A stretch of 64,000 nt of DNA from Eukaryota sp. TZLM1-RC (GCA_040285825.1 JAUPSS010000004.1:6043784-6107783), one strand, 5' to 3'. Counted from the first letter of the stretch, positions 11,505 through 23,771 are shown. Numbers and translations: made by a program. The notes: generated by a model not told the origin, from the letters alone.

Positions 11505-11770
11505 TTTTAACAATAGGTTTGTTAAAAAAATTGTTTTTCAACAAATTGTCAATTGATCAAGTTTATTCAACTTGGGAATTCATTTTTTTAAATATGATCA
11601 TTGTTTTTTTAATTGTAATGATAAAAATTAATGAAGAGAATGAAATACAACATCATCCTTTTTAACTAAAATTGTTTTTAAATGGTAATGGTAGCTACAG
11701 TTTCCCAACAACATTTTTGCCAATTTTGTAACTGAAAAATGTTTAAATTCTCATCTGATACTTTACAAAT

Positions 11771-11889
11771 GGATGCGGCCATACTTGGTCTATAGCACCG
11801 GATCCCATTCCGAATTCCGAAGTTAAGCGGCCACAGGCCTGGTCAGTAGTTGGGTGGGAGACCACCAGCGAACACTGGGTGCTGCATCC
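11771..11889 (+). rRNA. 5S: 5S rRNA
   Basis: array copy. Confidence 0.95.
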
Positions 11890-12154
11890 TTTTTAACAAT
11901 ATGTTTGTTAAAAAAATTGTTTTCTCAACAAATTGTCAATTGATCAAGTTTATTCAACTTGGAATTCATTTTTTAAATATGATCATTGTTTTTAATTGTA
12001 ATGATAAAAATTAATGAAGAGAATGAAATACAACATCATCCTTTTTAACTAAAATTGTTTTTAAATGGTAATGGTAGCTACAGTTTCCCAACAACATTTT
12101 TGCCAATTTTGTAACTAAAAAAATGTTTAAATTCTCATCTGATACTTTACTAAT

Positions 12155-12273
12155 GGATGCGGCCATACTTGGTCTATAGCACCGGATCCCATTCCGAATT
12201 CCGAAGTTAAGCGGCCACAGGCCTGGTCAGTAGTTGGGTGGCAGACCACCAGCGAACACTGGGTGCTGCATCC
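12155..12273 (+). rRNA. 5S: 5S rRNA
   Basis: array copy (GGCAGA variant). Confidence 0.93.
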
Positions 12274-12536
12274 TTTTAACAATAGGTCTGTTAAAAAATT
12301 GTTTTTCAACAAATTGTCAATTGATCAAGTTTTTCAACTTGGGAATTCATTTTTTTAAATATGATCATTGTTTTTTTAATTGTAATGATAAAAATTAATG
12401 AAGAGAATGAAATACAACATCATCCTTTTTAACTAAAATTGTTTTTAAATGGTAATGGTAGCTACAGTTTCCCAACAACATTTTTGCCAATTTTGTAACT
12501 GAAAATGTTTAAATTCTCATCTGATACTTTACAAAT

Positions 12537-12655
12537 GGATGCGGCCATACTTGGTCTATAGCACCGGATCCCATTCCGAATTCCGAAGTTAAGCGGCCAC
12601 AGGCCTGGTCAGTAGTTGGGTGGGAGACCACCAGCGAACACTGGGTGCTGCATTT
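12537..12655 (+). rRNA. 5S: 5S rRNA
   Basis: array copy (3' CC>TT variant). Confidence 0.9.
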
Positions 12656-12915
12656 TTTTAACAATATGTTTGTTAAAAAATTGTTTCTCAACAAATTGTC
12701 AATTGATCAAGTTTATTCAACTTGGAATTCATTTTTTAAATATGATCATTGTTTTTAATTCTAATGATAAAAATTAATGAAGAGAATGAAATACAACATC
12801 ATCCTTTTTAACTAAAATTGTTTTTAAATGGTTATGGTAGCTACAGTTTCCCAACAACATTTTTGCCAATTTTGTAACTAAAAATGTTTAAATTCTCATC
12901 TGATATTTTACAAAT

Positions 12916-13034
12916 GGATGCGGCCATACTTGGTCTATAGCACCGGATCCCATTCCGAATTCCGAAGTTAAGCGGCCACAGGCCTGGTCAGTAGTTGGGT
13001 GGGAGACCACCAGCGAACACTGGGTGCTGCATCC
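12916..13034 (+). rRNA. 5S: 5S rRNA
   Basis: array copy. Confidence 0.95.
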
Positions 13035-13299
13035 TTTTAACAATATGTTTGTTAAAAAAATTGTTTTCTCAACAAATTGTCAATTGATCAAGTTTATTCA
13101 ACTTGGAATTCATTTTTTTAAATATGATCCTTGTTTTTAATTGTAATGATAAAAATTAATGAAGAGAATGAAATACAACATCATCCTTTTTAACTAAAAA
13201 TTGTTTTTTAAATGGTAATGGTAGCTACAGTTTCCCAACAACATTTTTGCCAATTTTGTAACTAAAAATGTTTAAATTCTCATCTGATACTTTACTAAT

Positions 13300-13418
13300 G
13301 GATGCGGCCATACTTGGTCTATAGCACCGGATCCCATTCCGAATTCCGAAGTTAAGCGGCCACAGGCCTGGTCAGTAGTTGGGTGGCAGACCACCAGCGA
13401 ACACTGGGTGCTGCATCC
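13300..13418 (+). rRNA. 5S: 5S rRNA
   Basis: array copy (GGCAGA variant). Confidence 0.93.
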
Positions 13419-13528
13419 TTTTAACAATATGTTTGTTAAAAAATTGTTTCTCAACAAATTGTCAATTGATCAAGTTTATTCAAGTTGGAATTCATTTTTT
13501 AAATATGATCATTGTTTTTAATTGTAAT

Positions 13529-14626
13529 TGATGCCGTTAGGCAGAAATACCAAAGAAGTAAAGAGAGAAAAGAGGTTTATTAATAGAAATACTTGTTTTT
13601 GAACAAGTGCCACGTCATCATGTAAATTCCTCATCTGTTTAGCAAGATAGTTAATCAGTAACAACAACACTACTTCTTCCCATTTTCTTTCAACAGTTTC
13701 GTGAACCATTTAGCATAATGAAGAAAGGGGATTTGTGAGATACTGAGGCACGTGGCGTAAATGATTGACTTCGTGCTTAACTTTTGAGGGGCAATCACGA
13801 GCTAGATGACCTTTCTGGTGACATTTGAAACATGTCCCTTCAGTCAAATTGCGAGACCTATGGGATGAACGAGACTTCATACCAGCTTGACGCACAGAGT
13901 CGGTATTTTCAGAAACAGTCTTTGAAGACCTGTTCCAAGAAGCTACTCGCGTGCAATCAAGTAGTTCATCCTCTGCGGTATTTACCAATGTAGGAAAATC
14001 GGGGAATACCTCATCCCGAATTCGAGAAATCAGAGATTTCTGCAGTCCTAATGGAAGAATACCCTTTGCGAATCTGATCATGAAGGCTGAGTCAGGCAGT
14101 TTCAGTCCGGAAGCCCTGCTTTTCGCCTGAAGAAAACGTCTCAGGTAGCAGGACATACGTTCACGGACGTCGCCCTTACGGACATCAACCTTCAACTCAG
14201 ACATCACCAAGTTGAATTCCTCGTACGAGGAAAACGAGGTGGAGGATCTTAAATGATCCAGAAACACCTCATCGGATGAATCGACCCCAGGTCTTGTGAG
14301 AACCAATGATTCTAACAAGAAGGGGTCAACGAGGAGCCTTGCTGGAACAAGGTCCTTTTTCGGTGTAACAGAAGAGTACACCTTCCACTGTTGTAGGAAC
14401 AACAGAACATCATCCACTTCCATAGAAGCAAGGGACGGATGTAGTACGTGTGTAGATTTCATCTGCAATGAGGGCCAATAATTATTGATGCCGTTAGGCA
14501 GAAATACCAAAGAAGTAAAGAGAGAAAAGAGGTTTATTAATAGAAATACTTGTTTTTGAACAAGTGCCACGTCATCATGTAAATTCCTCATCTGTTTAGC
14601 AAGATAGTTAATCAGTAACAACAACA
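13529..14626 (-). mobile_element. Non-autonomous Gag-only LTR retrotransposon inserted in a 5S spacer
   Basis: 141-bp LTRs 13529-13669 and 14486-14626, identical by eye, TG...CA ends; 4-bp TSD TAAT (13525-28, 14627-30); purine tract AAAGAAAATGGGAAGAAGTAG before the 3' LTR; no pol. Confidence 0.93.
13710..14462 (-). CDS. gag: Gag-like protein with CCHC zinc knuckle (~250 aa)
   Basis: First ATG after the 5' LTR at 14462; CFKCHQKGHLARDC knuckle; helical capsid-like region. Confidence 0.8.
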   Translation of the reverse strand: MKSTHVLHPSLASMEVDDVLLFLQQWKVYSSVTPKKDLVPARLLVDPFLLESLVLTRPGVDSSDEVFLDHLRSSTSFSSYEEFNLVMSELKVDVRKGDVRERMSCYLRRFLQAKSRASGLKLPDSAFMIRFAKGILPLGLQKSLISRIRDEVFPDFPTLVNTAEDELLDCTRVASWNRSSKTVSENTDSVRQAGMKSRSSHRSRNLTEGTCFKCHQKGHLARDCPSKVKHEVNHLRHVPQYLTNPLSSLC

Positions 14627-14780
14627 TAATGATAAAAATTAATGAAGAGAATGAAATACAACATCATCCTTTTTAACTAAAATTGTTTTTAAATGGTAAT
14701 GGTAGCTACAGTTTCCCAACAACATTTTTGCCAATTTTGTAACTAAAAATGTTTAAATTCTCATCTGATACTTTACTAAT

Positions 14781-14899
14781 GGATGCGGCCATACTTGGTC
14801 TATAGCACCGGATCCCATTCCGAATTCCGAAGTTAAGCGGCCACAGGCCTGGTCAGTAGTTGGGTGGCAGACCACCAGCGAACACTGGGTGCTGCATCC
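14781..14899 (+). rRNA. 5S: 5S rRNA
   Basis: array copy (GGCAGA variant). Confidence 0.93.
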
Positions 14900-15159
14900 T
14901 TTTAACAATATGTTTGTTAAAAAATTGTTTCTCAACAAATTGTCAATTGATCAAGTTTATTCAAGTTGGAATTCATTTTTTAAATATGATCATTGTTTTT
15001 AATTGTAATGATAAAAATTAATGAAGAGAATGAAATACAACATCATCCTTTTTAACTAAAATTGTTTTTAAATGGTAATGGTAGCTACAGTTTCCCAACA
15101 ACATTTTTGCCAATTTTGTAACTAAAAATGTTTAAATTCTCATCTGATACTTTACTAAT

Positions 15160-15278
15160 GGATGCGGCCATACTTGGTCTATAGCACCGGATCCCATTCC
15201 GAATTCCGAAGTTAAGCGGCCACAGGCCTGGTCAGTAGTTGGGTGGGAGACCACCAGCGAACACTGGGTGCTGCATCC
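15160..15278 (+). rRNA. 5S: 5S rRNA
   Basis: array copy. Confidence 0.95.
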
Positions 15279-15538
15279 TTTTAACAATATGTTTGTTAAA
15301 AAATTGTTTCTCAACAAATTGTCAATTGATCAAGTTTATTCAACTTGGAATTCATTTTTTAAATATGATCATTGTTTTTAATTGTAATGATAAAAATTAA
15401 TGAAGAGAATGAAATACAACATCATCCTTTTTAACTAAAATTGTTTTTAAATGGTAATGGTAGCTACAGTTTCCCAACAACATTTTTGCCAATTTTGTAA
15501 CTGAAAATGTTTAAATTCTCATCTGATACTTTACAAAT

Positions 15539-15657
15539 GGATGCGGCCATACTTGGTCTATAGCACCGGATCCCATCCCGAATTCCGAAGTTAAGCGGCC
15601 ACAGGCCTGGTCAGTAGTTGGGTGGGAGACCACCAGCGAACACTGGGTGTTGCATCC
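15539..15657 (+). rRNA. 5S: 5S rRNA
   Basis: array copy, 2 substitutions. Confidence 0.92.
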
Positions 15658-15906
15658 TTTTAACAATATGTTTGTTAAAAAATTGTTTCTCAACAAATTG
15701 TCAATTGATCAAGTTTATTCAACTGGGAATTCATTTTTTAAACATTATCATTGTTTTTAATTGTAATGATAAAAATTAATGAAGAGAATGAAATACAATA
15801 TCATCCTTTTTAACTAAAATTGTTTTTAAATGGTAATGGTAGCTACAGTTTCCCAACAACATTTTTGCCAATTTTGTAACTAAAAATGTTTAAATTCTCA
15901 TCTGAT

Positions 15907-16992
15907 TCTTCCACTGTTTTTGCATTAAATGAAGAAATTTCAAGAATTGATGTAGAAAAATGGGGTCGATGTTTTCCCCAATCATTCAATGGCAATATTC
16001 CAGAAAAAAATGTTTTAAATTTGAAGTACACTCTTCGAACATTACAGAAAAGATTGACTGGAATGTATGAAAAAGATCTTTATAATAATATTTGCAGCTC
16101 GGCTGTTTTAAATCAAGATCTTCACTCATTGTTATTGGAAAAGGGTGTTTGTGAAAACAAGGTGTCAGATTCTTCAATTTTTGTAACCATTGTACCACGA
16201 AGATTTGGATTGTGTGCTACTAATGAAGCATTTGTAACAAAAATGAGATTATATTTGAACATCCCCATTAACCAATTATTATCAAAAGAAAAAAATGTAT
16301 TTGTTCGAATTCACCTCAACTCACTTTGCGCCATGCTCTAAATTGCTCTAAATTGATAACTTATCGTTCTTCATTACATGATGCTGTTAGAGACACTGTT
16401 TTCAATATGGCACAAACTGCAAGGATATCGTGTATCAAAGAGCCCCTGCTGAAAGAAACACTTTCTCTGAATAATTTTTGGTTCTGATGATAGAGGTGAT
16501 GTATACTGTGATTGGATTGACAATTCTGAAGCTATTGTTGACTTTGTCTCATGTAATGTTGCAAACGATACTTTGGTTCACAGAAGAAAACTTAATCCTG
16601 TGGCTGCTCTGGATTTTTAAAGCAAAAAGAAAAAAACATAGAAAAATATGATAAAGAAATTGAAGATGCAAATATCGATAGAAATACACAGCTGGTTTTT
16701 ATTGCTTTTCCATTTTCGATAAATGGAAGATTATCAGTTGAAGCAGAAACTTTTTTGGATGACTTCCAAAAAATGGTGAAAGAAAAAACAATGAAAAGAT
16801 TTGATATTTTTTTATGGCGTTCACGGATTCAATTTGCCATTATTAATAGATTACCGCGGTTTTTCAATCGAATTAGAGAAGCTTTAGCTAGACAGCAAGC
16901 AAATCAAGATTTTGTAGAGGAAATCTTGGTTTAATGATAGTCGTCCCATTAGTTATGATTTAATTTAATCAAGTGTGCAAATTCAATAAATT
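15907..16992 (+). mobile_element. 5'-truncated CRE-like RLE non-LTR retrotransposon (family B)
   Basis: Encodes, with homopolymer frameshifts, CIC...HALNC, RSSLHDAVRD, EPLL, RGDV, VDF, KHRKY, FPFSINGRL; 14-bp TSD AATTCTCATCTGAT (15893-15906, 16993-17006). Confidence 0.92.
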
Positions 16993-17017
16993 AATTCTCA
17001 TCTGATACTTTACAAAT

Positions 17018-17136
17018 GGATGCGGCCATACTTGGTCTATAGCACCGGATCCCATTCCGAATTCCGAAGTTAAGCGGCCACAGGCCTGGTCAGTAGTTGG
17101 GTGGGAGACCACCAGCGAACACTGGGTGCTGCATCC
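17018..17136 (+). rRNA. 5S: 5S rRNA
   Basis: array copy directly downstream of the family B insertion. Confidence 0.93.
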
Positions 17137-17396
17137 TTTTAACAATATGTTTGTTAAAAAATTGTTTCTCAACAAATTGTCAATTGATCAAGTTTATTCA
17201 ACTTGGAATTCATTTTTTAAATATGATCATTGTTTTTAATTGTAATGATAAAAATTAATGAAGAGAATGAAATACAACATCATCCTTTTTAACTAAAATT
17301 GTTTTTAAATGGTAATGGTAGCTACAGTTTCCCAACAACATTTTTGCCAATTTTGTAACTAAAAATGTTTAAATTCTCATCTGATACTTTACAAAT

Positions 17397-17515
17397 GGAT
17401 GCGGCCATACTTGGTCTATAGCACCGGATCCCATTCCGAAATCCGAAGTTAAGCGGCCACAGGCCTGGTCAGTAGTTGGGTGGGAGACCACCAGCGAACA
17501 CTGGGTGCTGCATCC
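17397..17515 (+). rRNA. 5S: 5S rRNA
   Basis: array copy; terminator TTTT>TATT. Confidence 0.9.
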
Positions 17516-17775
17516 TATTAACAATATGTTTGTTAAAAAATTGTTTTTCAACAAATTGTCAGTTGATCAAGTTTATTCAACTTGGAATTCATTTTTAAAA
17601 TATGATCATTGTTTTTAATTGTAATGATAAAAATTAATGAAGAGAATGAAATACAACATCATCCTTTTTAACTAAAATTGTTTTTAAATGGTAATGGTAG
17701 CTACAGTTTCCCAACAACATTTTTGCCAATTTTGTAGCTAAAAATGTTTAAATTCTCATCTGATACTTTACAAAT

Positions 17776-17894
17776 GGATGCGGCCATACTTGGTATATAG
17801 CACCGGATCCCATTCCGAATTCCGAAGTTAAGCGGCCACAGGCCTGGTCAGTAGTTGGGTGGGAGACCACCAGCGAACACTGGGTGCTGCATCC
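17776..17894 (+). rRNA. 5S: 5S rRNA
   Basis: array copy. Confidence 0.93.
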
Positions 17895-18157
17895 TTTTAA
17901 CAATATGTTTGTTAAAAAATTGTTTCTCAACAAATTGTCAATTGATCAAGTTTATTCAACTTGGAATTCATTTTTTAAATATGATCATTGTTTTTAATTG
18001 TAATGATAAAAATTAATGAAGAGAATGAAATACAACATCATCCTTTTAACTAAAATTGTTTTTAAATGGTTATGGTAGCTACAGTTTCCCAACAACATTT
18101 TTTTGCCAATTTTGTAACTAAAAAAATGTTTAAATTCTCATCTGATACTTTACTAAT

Positions 18158-18276
18158 GGATGCGGCCATACTTGGTCTATAGCACCGGATCCCATTCCGA
18201 ATTCCGAAGTTAGGCGGCCACGGGCCTGGTCAGTAGTTGGGTGGGAGACCACCAGCGAACACTGGGTGCTGCATCC
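18158..18276 (+). rRNA. 5S: 5S rRNA
   Basis: array copy (variant X). Confidence 0.92.
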
Positions 18277-18534
18277 TTTTAACAATAGGTCTGTTAAAAA
18301 ATTGTTTTCAACAAATTGTCAATTGATCAAGTTTTTTCAACTTGGAATTCATTTTTAAATATGATCATTGTTTTTAATTGTAATGATAAAAATTAATAAA
18401 GAGAATGAAATACAACATCATCCTTTTTAACTAAAATTGTTTTTAAATGGTAATGGTAGCTACAGTTTCCCAACAACATTTTTGCCAATTTTGTAACTAA
18501 AAATGTTTAAATTCTCATCTGATACTTTACTAAT

Positions 18535-18653
18535 GGATGCGGCCATACTTGGTCTATAGCACCGGATCCCATTCCGAATTCCGAAGTTAAGCCGCTACAG
18601 GCCTGGTCAGTAGTTGGGTGGGAGACCACCAGCGAACACTGGGTGCTGCATCC
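18535..18653 (+). rRNA. 5S: 5S rRNA
   Basis: array copy (variant Y). Confidence 0.92.
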
Positions 18654-18913
18654 TTTTAACAATATGTTTGTTAAAAAATTGTTTCTCAACAAATTGTCAA
18701 TTGATCAAGTTTATTCAACTTGGAATTCATTTTTTAAATATGATCATTGTTTTTAATTGTAATGATAAAAATTAATGAAGAGAATGAAATACAACATCAT
18801 CCTTTTTAACTAAAATTGTTTTTAAATGGTTATGGTAGCTACAGTTTCCCAACAACATTTTTGCCAATTTTGTAACTAAAAATGTTTAAATTCTCATCTG
18901 ATACTTTACTAAT

Positions 18914-19032
18914 GGATGCGGCCATACTTGGTCTATAGCACCGGATCCCATTCCGAATTCCGAAGTTAGGCGGCCACGGGCCTGGTCAGTAGTTGGGTGG
19001 GAGACCACCAGCGAACACTGGGTGCTGCATCC
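18914..19032 (+). rRNA. 5S: 5S rRNA
   Basis: array copy (variant X). Confidence 0.92.
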
Positions 19033-19292
19033 TTTTAACAATAGGTCTGTTAAAAAATTGTTTTTCAACAAATTGTCAATTGATCAAGTTTTTTCAACTT
19101 GGAATTCATTTTTTAAATATGATCATTGTTTTTAATTGTAATGATAAAAATTAATAAAGAGAATGAAATACAACATCATCCTTTTTAACTAAAATTGTTT
19201 TTAAATGGTAATGGTAGCTACAGTTTCCCAACAACATTTTTGCCAATTTTGTAACTAAAAATGTTTAAATTCTCATCTGATACTTTACTAAT

Positions 19293-19411
19293 GGATGCGG
19301 CCATACTTGGTCTATAGCACCGGATCCCATTCCGAATTCCGAAGTTAAGCCGCTACAGGCCTGGTCAGTAGTTGGGTGGGAGACCACCAGCGAACACTGG
19401 GTGCTGCATCC
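19293..19411 (+). rRNA. 5S: 5S rRNA
   Basis: array copy (variant Y). Confidence 0.92.
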
Positions 19412-19671
19412 TTTTAACAATATGTTTGTTAAAAAATTGTTTCTCAACAAATTGTCAATTGATCAAGTTTATTCAACTTGGAATTCATTTTTTAAATATG
19501 ATCATTGTTTTTAATTGTAATGATAAAAATTAATGAAGAGAATGAAATACAACATCATCCTTTTTAACTAAAATTGTTTTTAAATGGTTATGGTAGCTAC
19601 AGTTTCCCAACAACATTTTTGCCAATTTTGTAACTAAAAATGTTTAAATTCTCATCTGATACTTTACTAAT

Positions 19672-19790
19672 GGATGCGGCCATACTTGGTCTATAGCACC
19701 GGATCCCATTCCGAATTCCGAAGTTAGGCGGCCACGGGCCTGGTCAGTAGTTGGGTGGGAGACCACCAGCGAACACTGGGTGCTGCATCC
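19672..19790 (+). rRNA. 5S: 5S rRNA
   Basis: array copy (variant X). Confidence 0.92.
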
Positions 19791-20050
19791 TTTTAACAAT
19801 AGGTCTGTTAAAAAATTGTTTTTCAACAAATTGTCAATTGATCAAGTTTTTTCAACTTGGAATTCATTTTTTAAATATGATCATTGTTTTTAATTGTAAT
19901 GATAAAAATTAATGAAGAGAATGAAATACAACATCATCCTTTTTAACTAAAATTGTTTTTAAATGGTAATGGTAGCTACAGTTTCCCAACAACATTTTTG
20001 CCAATTTTGTAACTGAAAATGTTTAAATTCTCATCTGATATTTAACAGTT

Positions 20051-20169
20051 GGATGCGGCCATACTTGGTCTATAGCACTGGATCCCATTCCGAATTCCGA
20101 AGTTAAGCGGCCACAGGCCTGGTCAGTAGTTGGGTGGGAGACCACCAGCGAACACTGGGTGCTGCATCC
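20051..20169 (+). rRNA. 5S: 5S rRNA
   Basis: array copy. Confidence 0.93.
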
Positions 20170-20429
20170 TTTTAACAATACGTTTGTTAACAAATTGTTT
20201 TTCAACAGATAGTCAATTGATCAAGTTTATTCAACTTGGAATTCATTTTTTAAATATGATCATTGTTTTTAATTGTAATGATAAAAATTAATGAAGAGAA
20301 TGAAATAGAACATCATCCTTTTTAACTAAAATTGTTTTTAAATGGTAATGGTAGCTACAGTTTCCCAACAACATTTTTGCCAATTTTGTAACTAAAAATG
20401 TTTAAATTCTCATCTGATACTTTACAAAT

Positions 20430-20548
20430 GGATGCGGCCATACTTGGTCTATAGCACCGGATCCCATTCCGAATTCCGAAGTTAAGCGGCCACAGGCCTG
20501 GTCAGTAGTTGGGTGGGAGACCACCAGCGAACACTGGGTGCTGCATCC
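20430..20548 (+). rRNA. 5S: 5S rRNA
   Basis: array copy. Confidence 0.95.
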
Positions 20549-20809
20549 TTTTAACAATATGTTTGTTAAAAAATTGTTTCTCAACAAATTGTCAATTGAT
20601 CAAGTTTATTCAACTTGGAATTCATTTTTTAAATATGATCATTGTTTTTTTAATTGTAATGATAAAAATTAATGAAGAGAATGAAATACAACATCATCCT
20701 TTTAACTAAAATTGTTTTTAAATGGTAATGGTAGCTACAGTTTCCCAACAACATTTTTGCCAATTTTGTAACTAAAAATGTTTAAATTCTCATCTGATAC
20801 TTTACAAAT

Positions 20810-20927
20810 GGATGCGGCCATACTTGGTCTATAGCACCGGATCCCATTCCGAATTCGAAGTTAAGCGGCCACAGGCCTGGTCAGTAGTTGGGTGGGAGAC
20901 CACCAGCGAACACTGGGTGCTGCATCC
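20810..20927 (+). rRNA. 5S: 5S rRNA
   Basis: array copy, 1-nt deletion. Confidence 0.9.
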
Positions 20928-21185
20928 TTTTAACAATAGGTTTGTTAAAAATTGTTTTTCAACAAATTGTCAATTGATCAAGTTTATTCAACTGGGAATT
21001 CATTTTTAAATACGATCATTGTTTTTAATTGTAATGATAAAAATTAATGAAGAGAATGAAATACAATATCATCCTTTTTAACTAAAATTGTTTTTAAATG
21101 GTAATGGTAGCTACAGTTTCCCAACAACATTTTTGCCAATTTTGTAACTGAAAATGTTTAAATTCTCATCTGATACTTTACAAAT

Positions 21186-21304
21186 GGATGCGGCCATACT
21201 TGGTCTATAGCACCGGATCCTATTCCGAATTCCGAAGTTAAGCGGCCACAGGCCTGGTCAGTAGTTGGGTGGGAGACCACCAGCGAACACTGGGTGCTGC
21301 ATCC
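21186..21304 (+). rRNA. 5S: 5S rRNA
   Basis: array copy. Confidence 0.93.
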
Positions 21305-21567
21305 TTTTTAACAATAGGTTTGTTAAAAATTGTTTCTCAACAAATTGTCAATTGATCAAGTTTATTCAACTTGGAATTCATTTTTAAATATGATCATTGT
21401 TTTTAATTGTAATGATAAAAATTAATGAAGAGAATGAAATACAACATCATCCTTTTTAACCAAAAATTGTTTTTAAATGGTTATGGTAGCTACAGTTTCC
21501 CAACAACATTTTTTTGCCAATTTTGTAACTAAAAATGTTTAAATTCTCATCTGATACTTTTACAAAT

Positions 21568-21686
21568 GGATGCGGCCATACTTGGTCTATAGCACCGGAT
21601 CCCATTCCGAATTCCGAAGTTAAGCGGCCACAGGCCTGGTCAGTAGTTGGGTGGGAGACCACCAGCGAACACTGGGTGCTGCATCC
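21568..21686 (+). rRNA. 5S: 5S rRNA
   Basis: array copy. Confidence 0.95.
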
Positions 21687-21944
21687 TTTTAACAATATGT
21701 TTGTTAAAAAATTGTTTCTCAACAAATTGTCAATTGATCAAGTTTATTCAACTTGGAATTCATTTTTAAATATGATCATTGTTTTAATTGTAATGATAAA
21801 AATTAATGAAGAGAATGAAATACAACATCATCCTTTTTAACTAAAATTGTTTTTAAATGGTAATGGTAGCTACAGTTTCCCAACAACATTTTTGCCAATT
21901 TTGTAACTAAAAATGTTTAAATTCTCATCTGATACTTTACAAAT

Positions 21945-22063
21945 GGATGCGGCCATACTTGGTCTATAGCACCGGATCCCATTCCGAATTCCGAAGTTAA
22001 GCGGCCACAGGCCTGGTCAGTAGTTGGGTGGGAGACCACCAGCGAACACTGGGTGCTGCATCC
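21945..22063 (+). rRNA. 5S: 5S rRNA
   Basis: array copy. Confidence 0.95.
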
Positions 22064-22204
22064 TTTTAACAATATGTTTGTTAAAAAATTGTTTCTCAAC
22101 AAATTGTCAATTGATCAAGTTTATTCAACTTGGAATTCATTTTTTAAATATGATCATTGTTTTTAATTGTAATGATAAAAATTAATGAAGAGAATGAAAT
22201 ACAA

Positions 22205-22250
22205 CAGTAGTTGGGTGGGAGACCACCAGCGAACACTGGGTGCTGCATCC
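22205..22250 (+). pseudogene. 5'-truncated 5S rRNA (3' 46 nt only)
   Basis: Spacer ...AATACAACA joined directly to 5S nt 74 onward (CAGTAGTTGGG...); ~190-bp deletion. Confidence 0.9.
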
Positions 22251-22513
22251 TTTTAACAATATGTTTGTTAAAAAATTGTTTTTTAACAAATTGTCAATTG
22301 ATCAAGTTTATTCAACTGGGAATTCATTTTTAAATATGATCATTGTTTTTAATTGAAATGATAAAAATTAATGAAGAGAATGAAATACAACATCATCCTT
22401 TTTAACTAAAATTGTTTTTAAATGGTAAAGGTAGCTACAGTTTCCCAACAACATTTTTTTGCCAATTTTTGTAACTGAAAAATGTTTAAATTCTCATCTG
22501 ATACTTTACAAAT

Positions 22514-22632
22514 GGATGCGGCCATACTTGGTCTATAGCACCGGATCCCATTCCGAATTCCGAAGTTAAGCGGCCACAGGCCTGGTCAGTAGTTGGGTGG
22601 GAGACCACCAGCGAACACTGGGTGCTGCATCC
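22514..22632 (+). rRNA. 5S: 5S rRNA
   Basis: array copy. Confidence 0.95.
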
Positions 22633-22891
22633 TTTTAACAATAGGTTTGTTAAAAAATTGTTTTTCAACAAATTGTCAATTGATCAAGTTTATTCAACTG
22701 GGAATTCATTTTTAAATACGATCATTGTTTTTAATTGTAATGATAAAAATTAATGAAGAGAATGAAATACAACATCATCCTTTTTAACTAAAATTGTTTT
22801 TAAATGGTAATGGTAGCTACAGTTTCCCAACAACATTTTTGCCAATTTTGTAACTGAAAATGTTTGAATTCTCATCTGATACTTTACAAAT

Positions 22892-23010
22892 GGATGCGGC
22901 CATACTTGGTCTATAGCACCGGATCCCATTCCGAATTCCGAAGTTAAGCGGCCACAGGCCTGGTCAGTAGTTGGGTGGGAGACCACCAGCGAACACTGGG
23001 TGCTGCATCC
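22892..23010 (+). rRNA. 5S: 5S rRNA
   Basis: array copy. Confidence 0.95.
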
Positions 23011-23270
23011 TTTTAACAATAGGTTTGTTAAAAATTGTTTTTCAACAAATTGTCAATTGATCAAGTTTATTCAACTGGGAATTCATTTTTAAATACGATC
23101 ATTGTTTTTAATTGTAATGATAAAAATTAATGAAGAGAATGAAATACAACATCATCCTTTTTAACTAAAATTGTTTTTAAATGGTAATGGTAGCTACAGT
23201 TTCCCAACAACATTTTTTTGCCAATTTTGTAACTGAAAATGTTTAAATTCTCATCTGATACTTTACAAAT

Positions 23271-23389
23271 GGATGCGGCCATACTTGGTCTATAGCACCG
23301 GATCCCATTCCGAATTCCGAAGTTAAGCGGCCACAGGCCTGGTCAGTAGTTGGGTGGGAGACCACCAGCGAACACTGGGTGCTGCATCC
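23271..23389 (+). rRNA. 5S: 5S rRNA
   Basis: array copy. Confidence 0.95.
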
Positions 23390-23652
23390 TTTTAACAATA
23401 GGTTTGTTAAAAAATTGTTTTTCAACAAATTGTCAATTGATCAAGTTTATTCAACTGGGAATTCATTTTTTTAAATACGATCATTGTTTTTTTAATTGTA
23501 ATGATAAAAATTAATGAAGAGAATGAAATACAACATCATCCTTTTTAACTAAAATTGTTTTTAAATGGTAATGGTAGCTACAGTTTCCCAACAACATTTT
23601 TGCCAATTTTGTAACTGAAAATGTTTGAATTCTCATCTGATACTTTACAAAT

Positions 23653-23771
23653 GGATGCGGCCATACTTGGTCTATAGCACCGGATCCCATTCCGAATTCC
23701 GAAGTTAAGCGGCCACAGGCCTGGTCAGTAGTTGGGTGGGAGACCACCAGCGAACACTGGGTGCTGCATCC
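23653..23771 (+). rRNA. 5S: 5S rRNA
   Basis: array copy. Confidence 0.95.

Noticed and set aside
14463-14627. 305-aa ORF start inside the LTR, and the 63-aa ORF 13518..13709
   Set aside because: TTG start at the LTR edge; the shared peptide only reflects the LTR duplication; ATG 14462 is the plausible Gag start
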